A stretch of DNA of 64,000 bases from NCBI GenBank assembly GCA_964015055.1, contig CAXHBG010000001.1, positions 730-64,729 of the forward strand. Direction: 5' to 3'. This document shows, piece by piece, positions 58,754-64,000 of the stretch. The position numbers and the translations under genes are program-made. The notes beneath the pieces are model-generated. The model searched no databases. It was given only the letters and a program-made list of their open reading frames with translations, and had not been told where the DNA came from. Position 1 is the stretch's first letter, and every line of letters starts with the position of its first letter. Source of the DNA: an uncultured Thermoplasmata archaeon (lineage in GTDB: Archaea; Thermoplasmatota; Poseidoniia; MGIII; CG-Epi1).

Positions 58754-59926
58754 ATGAACCTTGTATCAAGTGAATTAATGCGAAGGGTAAGAGATTCTAT
58801 ACACGATTACATTGATTTAGATGAATTAGAGTCCTCTCTAGTTGATACTGAACCATATCAAAGATTGCGCTGGATAAAGCAATTAGGTTCAGCAAATTTA
58901 GTTTACCCTGGAGCAAACCATACCAGACTTGAACACAGCATAGGTGTTAGCCATCTGGTTAAACAGATGGCTGGACAATCTGATGTTCCTAAAGATGAAA
59001 TACCATTAGTTTCAGTCGCAGGGTTACTTCATGATTTAGGCCATTCTCCATACTCACACTTAGCTGATGAGTTGCCATTTGGTAAAGATCATGTTGAAGT
59101 TACTCAGGATATCATTAATTCTAGTCAAATATCAGGCATTCTAGGCGATCATGGATTAGCCATCAGCGAAGTTTGCAACCTGATCAAAGGTGATCACAAG
59201 TACGGTTCACTAATTTCCGGAGATATTGATGGTGATCGTCTTGATTATCTCATGAGAGATTCACATTATACGGGTGTCAAAACAGGAGTAGACACTGGAA
59301 GATTAGTTACAAAGATGTCAATGGCAGATAATGAGCTAGTAATCGGAGAAAGTGGTTTACCAGTTGTTGAAACTTTCTTGACTTCTCGTTCAATTATGTT
59401 TCCAACTGTTTATTTCCATCCCTTTTCACGAGGGGCTGAATTAATGTTGGCAAGGGCAACTAAAGCTGCTATTGACAATGGTGTCTTTACATATAATTCG
59501 TTTGTTTCTTTCACAGATCATAAATTTTTATCTGAATTAAATTTGGCAGGCGGATTGTCGCAAAAGTTAGTTAATGATTTTGAAAAAAGGAATATAACAA
59601 AAAGGGTAGTTAGTATCACAAAAGATAAAACTGAAGAAATGGGAATTTCCAAGTCAGATGTTGAAGATTTAGAATCATCCATTGCTCAAAAGCTTGATAT
59701 TAATCCGTCACAAATATTTATGGATTTACCACCTTTGAAAGTAGTGCCAGCTATGAAAGTTAAAATTCTTAAAGAAGATGGAACTCTTGATTATGCAAGT
59801 AATATGTCCACTATAACAAAAAATTTATACGAAGCTCAGTTTGATCACTGGAGGTGCCGAATATATGCGCCCTCTAAACTGTCTGATCAAGCCTCAGAAG
59901 TTGCAAGTCGAGAGTTAGGAATTTAA
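58754..59926 (+). CDS. HD-domain phosphohydrolase (SAMHD1/dGTPase-like)
   Basis: QRLR.IKQLG, YPGANHTRLEHS.G, LLHDLGH.P.SH, D.DRLDYL.RD; start may be the ATG at 58778. Confidence 0.9.
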   Translation: MNLVSSELMRRVRDSIHDYIDLDELESSLVDTEPYQRLRWIKQLGSANLVYPGANHTRLEHSIGVSHLVKQMAGQSDVPKDEIPLVSVAGLLHDLGHSPYSHLADELPFGKDHVEVTQDIINSSQISGILGDHGLAISEVCNLIKGDHKYGSLISGDIDGDRLDYLMRDSHYTGVKTGVDTGRLVTKMSMADNELVIGESGLPVVETFLTSRSIMFPTVYFHPFSRGAELMLARATKAAIDNGVFTYNSFVSFTDHKFLSELNLAGGLSQKLVNDFEKRNITKRVVSITKDKTEEMGISKSDVEDLESSIAQKLDINPSQIFMDLPPLKVVPAMKVKILKEDGTLDYASNMSTITKNLYEAQFDHWRCRIYAPSKLSDQASEVASRELGI

Positions 59927-61507
59927 ATGTCCAAATCGATACAAAAATTCATTGAAAGTCTGAACTGGAAAATTGAAGACAGTAAATGGGACGGCAATGC
60001 TCATTTATTTTTTGTTAAAGAACCAGATAATTTGGAAGATAAATTTGAGGAGTTACGTTTGGCTCTTAAGACAGCTACTACTTTTGGTGCAGGTCGTCTC
60101 TTCCCAATGCTAAGGAGAACCGGAAATGAATTGATTTTAGTTATTCTTCCTCAACCTTCGTTTGATTATTATGAAAGTAGAATTAATTTGTATTTACTTC
60201 TAGCAACTTTCTTTACTACTACTTGGGCAGGCGCCATGTGGTGGGCCTCGTACGATGACTCCTCAATAATTGAGATGAGCTGGTGGTGGCTTAGAATCCT
60301 CATAAGTCCACAAATATTTTTTATGGGATTTCTTACTTTTTCTTTACCTTTAATGTTAATTCTTGGCGCTCACGAAATGGGGCATTACTACTATGCTAAG
60401 AAGCATAATCTTGATGCTTCCTTACCGTTCTTTTTACCAATGCCTCCAATGATATTTCCATTTGGAACGATGGGCGCCTTTATTTCCATTAGAGAGCCCA
60501 TACCTAATCGGAAAGCACTTCTAGACGTTGGTGCAAGTGGGCCGATTGCAGGTCTTTTAGTTGCTATACCTGTAACTCTGCTCGGTTTTTGGCTAACAGA
60601 ATTTTATGCGAGATCAGTTCCAGTAGATTCAGGGGATTCGCTTTTTTTAGGTTCATCTTTTTTCTTTGAATTACTTTTTTCGATTTCTGAAAACTTAAAC
60701 CCTTCTTCTGGAGACTATCTATCTCATCCAGTTGTCCTTGCAGGATGGACTGGTTTTTTTGTTACAGCACTAAATTTATTGCCTGCAGGTCAGCTTGATG
60801 GTGGACATATAGCACGTTCACTTCTTGGTCCAAAAGCAAATATTTTATCTTTTGCAGTTATAATTTCCCTCATATTAATGACATTTTACGGTATTCCGGG
60901 TTTCGGTCCGCCATACATGGGATGGGCGATTTATGCTCTCCTTATTTATTTTTTAGGAACTTATCATCCTCCACCTTCGGAGGAGATATCTAATCTGGGT
61001 AAATCTAGGGCAATAGTTGGAGTAATTACAGGGATATTGTTACTAACAACTTTTACACCATCTCCTATTTTCACAGTAGACTCGCCATTTTCTTTGAATA
61101 TAGATTCAGACGAAAATGAATTTTTCCAGTATGCAGGCGAAGCTAATACAACTTCCATAAAAATTTGGAATAATGGAGCTGAAGAGGGTTGGGAAAACCT
61201 TTCTGTCAGTATCAATCCATTGGAAAATATTTCAGTATCTCTTGTTGTAGACTTTGTAAACATAAGTTCAGATTCAACAAATATAAATTCTACTTCCAAC
61301 ATTTTTCAAAAATATGTATTTCTAGACTATGAAAATAATATTACATTTTTAAATTTATCTTCAGGCGATTATGCAAATTTAACATTAACGATAACGACCT
61401 TCGAGAATTCAACTTTTGAGGATAGTAAGCTTATTTTGGCAGTAAAAAGCAGAACAGAAGATGTTTATACGTCAACCTTTCATTTGTCGAACAGGGAAAA
61501 GGAATAA
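59927..61507 (+). CDS. site-2 protease (M50) with C-terminal extracellular domain
   Basis: HEMGH, GTMGA.I, GPIAG, LNLLPAGQLDGGH. Confidence 0.92.
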   Translation: MSKSIQKFIESLNWKIEDSKWDGNAHLFFVKEPDNLEDKFEELRLALKTATTFGAGRLFPMLRRTGNELILVILPQPSFDYYESRINLYLLLATFFTTTWAGAMWWASYDDSSIIEMSWWWLRILISPQIFFMGFLTFSLPLMLILGAHEMGHYYYAKKHNLDASLPFFLPMPPMIFPFGTMGAFISIREPIPNRKALLDVGASGPIAGLLVAIPVTLLGFWLTEFYARSVPVDSGDSLFLGSSFFFELLFSISENLNPSSGDYLSHPVVLAGWTGFFVTALNLLPAGQLDGGHIARSLLGPKANILSFAVIISLILMTFYGIPGFGPPYMGWAIYALLIYFLGTYHPPPSEEISNLGKSRAIVGVITGILLLTTFTPSPIFTVDSPFSLNIDSDENEFFQYAGEANTTSIKIWNNGAEEGWENLSVSINPLENISVSLVVDFVNISSDSTNINSTSNIFQKYVFLDYENNITFLNLSSGDYANLTLTITTFENSTFEDSKLILAVKSRTEDVYTSTFHLSNREKE

Positions 61508-62724
61508 TGTCAGTTTTCGAGGGTAGAGCGTGGATTTCAAATCAAGGGCTAGTTGATGTTTCTATTGAAGTAGAGGAGGGTTACATTTCTTCAGTTAAGA
61601 AAACTAATTCAAATCCAAATAGAGAGAAGGTTGATGGTTTGATTTTACCAGCAGCTATGGACATGCATGTTCATTTCAGAGATCCAGGCTACATCCACAA
61701 AGAAGATTGGAAAACGGGTTCAGAGTCTGCAGCTTGTGGCGGTGTTACAGCAGTAGTAGACATGCCTAATACGAATCCCTTTACATCAGATTATTCACAA
61801 TTTAAGGAAAAGGAAAGAATAGCCAAAGAGAAATCAGTAGTAGATTTTGGAATAGGTATTAACGTTGAGGAGAATTTAATAAAACAAGATTGGTTTGAAA
61901 CAGTTCCGGCTGCATTTTGGAAATTGTATCCGTATGGAGTATCATCAAAAGATTATTTCAGATTAGCACAAGAAGTATTAGATAAAACTAAGAAACCGTT
62001 AGTTGTTCATTGCGAGCATCCAGATTACATGCACAATAACCCTCTAGAGAAACTATCAGATCATACAGAGAATCGTCTATTTGCTGAAGAAAAATGCCTT
62101 TCAGAAATGCCTCCTTCGAAGTATTTGCACGTGGCACATTTATCTACTTCTAACGGGTTAAGAAATCTTCCATCTCATTCTTCAACAGAGGTCTGTCCAC
62201 ACCATCTTTTACTAAATTTGGATAATTGTAGTTCATTAGATTGTAAGGTTGATCCGCCATTACGAACCATTTCGGATAACAAAACTCTTTATGACGCATA
62301 CAGAAGGGGAACAATTCCCATATTGGCTAGTGATCATGCACCGCACACAGTCGAAGAAAAAAAGTCATCATCACCTCCGTCAGGGCTGCCAGGTGTAGAG
62401 ACAATGGTTCCATTGATGCTGCAAGAAGTTGTAGAGAAAAGATTAGATTTGAGCAGGTTAGTGAATAGTATGGCAGAAGCCCCTGCAGATCGGCTTGGAT
62501 TAAGTCGAGGAAGAATAGAAAAGGGTCAGCCTGCAGATTTTATGTTTGTTGATTTGAATAAATCAGAGAAGATTGATGTTGATAAACTTCATTCAAGAGC
62601 TAATTGGTCTCCATTTGAAGATTGGGAAGCAATTTTCCCTTATAAAGTATTCAGTCGAGGTCGACTTATTTCTGAGAATTCAGATATTGTCTCTAGTGGA
62701 GGAGGCATCAACCTCTTTGACTAG
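61507..62724 (+). CDS. pyrC: dihydroorotase
   Basis: DMHVHFRDPG, GGVT...DMPNT, HCE, EVCPHHL, PPLR, SDHAPH. Confidence 0.92.
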   Translation: MSVFEGRAWISNQGLVDVSIEVEEGYISSVKKTNSNPNREKVDGLILPAAMDMHVHFRDPGYIHKEDWKTGSESAACGGVTAVVDMPNTNPFTSDYSQFKEKERIAKEKSVVDFGIGINVEENLIKQDWFETVPAAFWKLYPYGVSSKDYFRLAQEVLDKTKKPLVVHCEHPDYMHNNPLEKLSDHTENRLFAEEKCLSEMPPSKYLHVAHLSTSNGLRNLPSHSSTEVCPHHLLLNLDNCSSLDCKVDPPLRTISDNKTLYDAYRRGTIPILASDHAPHTVEEKKSSSPPSGLPGVETMVPLMLQEVVEKRLDLSRLVNSMAEAPADRLGLSRGRIEKGQPADFMFVDLNKSEKIDVDKLHSRANWSPFEDWEAIFPYKVFSRGRLISENSDIVSSGGGINLFD

Positions 62725-62770
62725 TGGTATCAGGCCAAACCTTAATAATGTCAAAATTTAAATTACTACT

Positions 62771-64000
62771 ATGCGAGGTCTAACCTATACACTCTTTTTA
62801 GTGTGTTTTTCGATTTTACTGATTTCACTCCCTTCTGATGCCGAGGAATATGGAAACACAGAATTCTACTTAGCAAAATCAGGAATTGGCGACGTTTATG
62901 ATTTATCAATAGAAGAGCCCTCTGAAGCTACACCCAAGTATTGGAAGTGTCGTGATGATCCTAATCAAGCTAATACTTTCTTTCCTTTAGTTTCATGGGA
63001 GACAAACATGGGTGGTCCTTTAGAACTAGGAAATTCATACAGCTATAGTTTTTGGGTAGAATCAACTAATGTCCAAGAAATCAGCTTCAAAACTACGTTA
63101 TACATACGCACTCAAGAAGGATTCAATAATTTATCAATTGATGAAGTAAGTAAATCTGCAGGTTTTGGAACATTTTTATCTGAAAATTATACTTTGGATT
63201 TAGAAAGCTCAAGTTTAGATAAAAGTTTATTTCCGGATGGAGTACCGGCTTATACCACACTTGGGCTTAAGCTAGAAACAAGTGTTACTTGGGCTCCAGA
63301 TACTGAGAATAGAACAGTGTGGGTTAAAGGCGCCCACTCAGATTTTCTTTCGTCCTTCATAATTGATTTCAAGCACGTTAATATTGAGAATGATGAGTAT
63401 TATTTTGATAATGATAGGGTAGAAGCGATAGATGGAGATTCTCTTTTTATCAAAGTTAACGTGACTAATGCATTAGGTGCAGATAATTTTGACATTTCAT
63501 CAGCAGAGATAATGATTGAGGGAATCAGTGGAGGAGGGAAATTTAAGGACACAATCCAGTTAAAGGATAAACATACCTATGCAAAATATATTCAAGGTAA
63601 ATGGTGGTACCAAGAAGACAACGGAATAACTAGTGGCAATTATGTTATTAAGTTCTCAGTTAAAGATAATTTTGGTAATACTTGGACTTCTTCAATGTCA
63701 TATTATTTAGAGGTTGATCAGTATGGTTTAGAGGTTCAATTTGACGAGACCAGCAGCCCTAATGGTCAATTACCTAAAGGCGGAAAAACGGATTACTCTT
63801 TTAGAGTACTAAATACAGGAAATACTAGAGATATTTTTTCTATAACTATCGATGATTCAGATGTCCCCTCAGGTTGGCAGATTAGTCTTCAATCAGATTC
63901 CTCAATAGATCTTCAAATGGGACAATCATCATATGTCCAAGTTAGAGTAGAAGCTCCGGTTTCAGCAAAAGGAGGTTCATCAGAGAGAGTGACAATCACA
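62771..64000 (+). CDS. large secreted surface protein with Ig-like (NEW3/COG1470-type) domain, 3'-truncated
   Basis: Not in the ORF track because it has no stop in the window. ATG at 62771, signal peptide MRGLTYTLFLVCFSILLISLPSDA, in-frame terminal domain YSFRVLNTGNTRDIF...VPSGWQI...V.VRV.AP. Confidence 0.8.
   Translation, partial: MRGLTYTLFLVCFSILLISLPSDAEEYGNTEFYLAKSGIGDVYDLSIEEPSEATPKYWKCRDDPNQANTFFPLVSWETNMGGPLELGNSYSYSFWVESTNVQEISFKTTLYIRTQEGFNNLSIDEVSKSAGFGTFLSENYTLDLESSSLDKSLFPDGVPAYTTLGLKLETSVTWAPDTENRTVWVKGAHSDFLSSFIIDFKHVNIENDEYYFDNDRVEAIDGDSLFIKVNVTNALGADNFDISSAEIMIEGISGGGKFKDTIQLKDKHTYAKYIQGKWWYQEDNGITSGNYVIKFSVKDNFGNTWTSSMSYYLEVDQYGLEVQFDETSSPNGQLPKGGKTDYSFRVLNTGNTRDIFSITIDDSDVPSGWQISLQSDSSIDLQMGQSSYVQVRVEAPVSAKGGSSERVTIT

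Noticed and set aside
1..64000. CRISPR arrays, IS elements, rRNA genes
   Set aside because: No periodic repeats, transposase motifs or long GC-rich non-coding stretches; spacers are too short.

Overview
AT-rich, gene-dense archaeal chromosome segment. TFB, RadB, pelota, ABCE1, NAC, uS15, class I CCA-adding enzyme and an A1-U72 tRNA-Gln show it is archaeal. The gene content suggests a marine Thermoplasmatota (Marine Group II/III-like) euryarchaeon, which is my inference. It holds about 68 CDS and one tRNA; I found no CRISPR array, IS element or prophage. The standout is a tightly coupled minus-strand operon (about 8.1-13.8 kb). It encodes a Rieske/cytochrome b6-type complex whose subunit IV is fused to an HdrC-like 2x[4Fe-4S] domain, followed by a CCG-domain (HdrB/D-like) protein and a flavodoxin-ferredoxin fusion. 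It has no cytochrome c1/f but begins with a CxCH-bearing Reeler-like surface protein. Other notable items: a split, two-gene counterpart of the eukaryotic ribosomal prolyl hydroxylase OGFOD1/Tpa1; an ABCE1 with a remodelled Fe-S domain; a DRAM/Frag1-like membrane protein; a stand-alone pilin flanked by an 11-bp direct repeat and UUAG-loop hairpins; an ATT-initiated gene missed by the ORF track; two type IV pilus loci; and bacterial-type genes (PntAB, RusA, RmuC, GpmA, riboflavin synthase, mitochondrial-type aconitase). All family assignments come from motif recognition by eye; no database searches were run.
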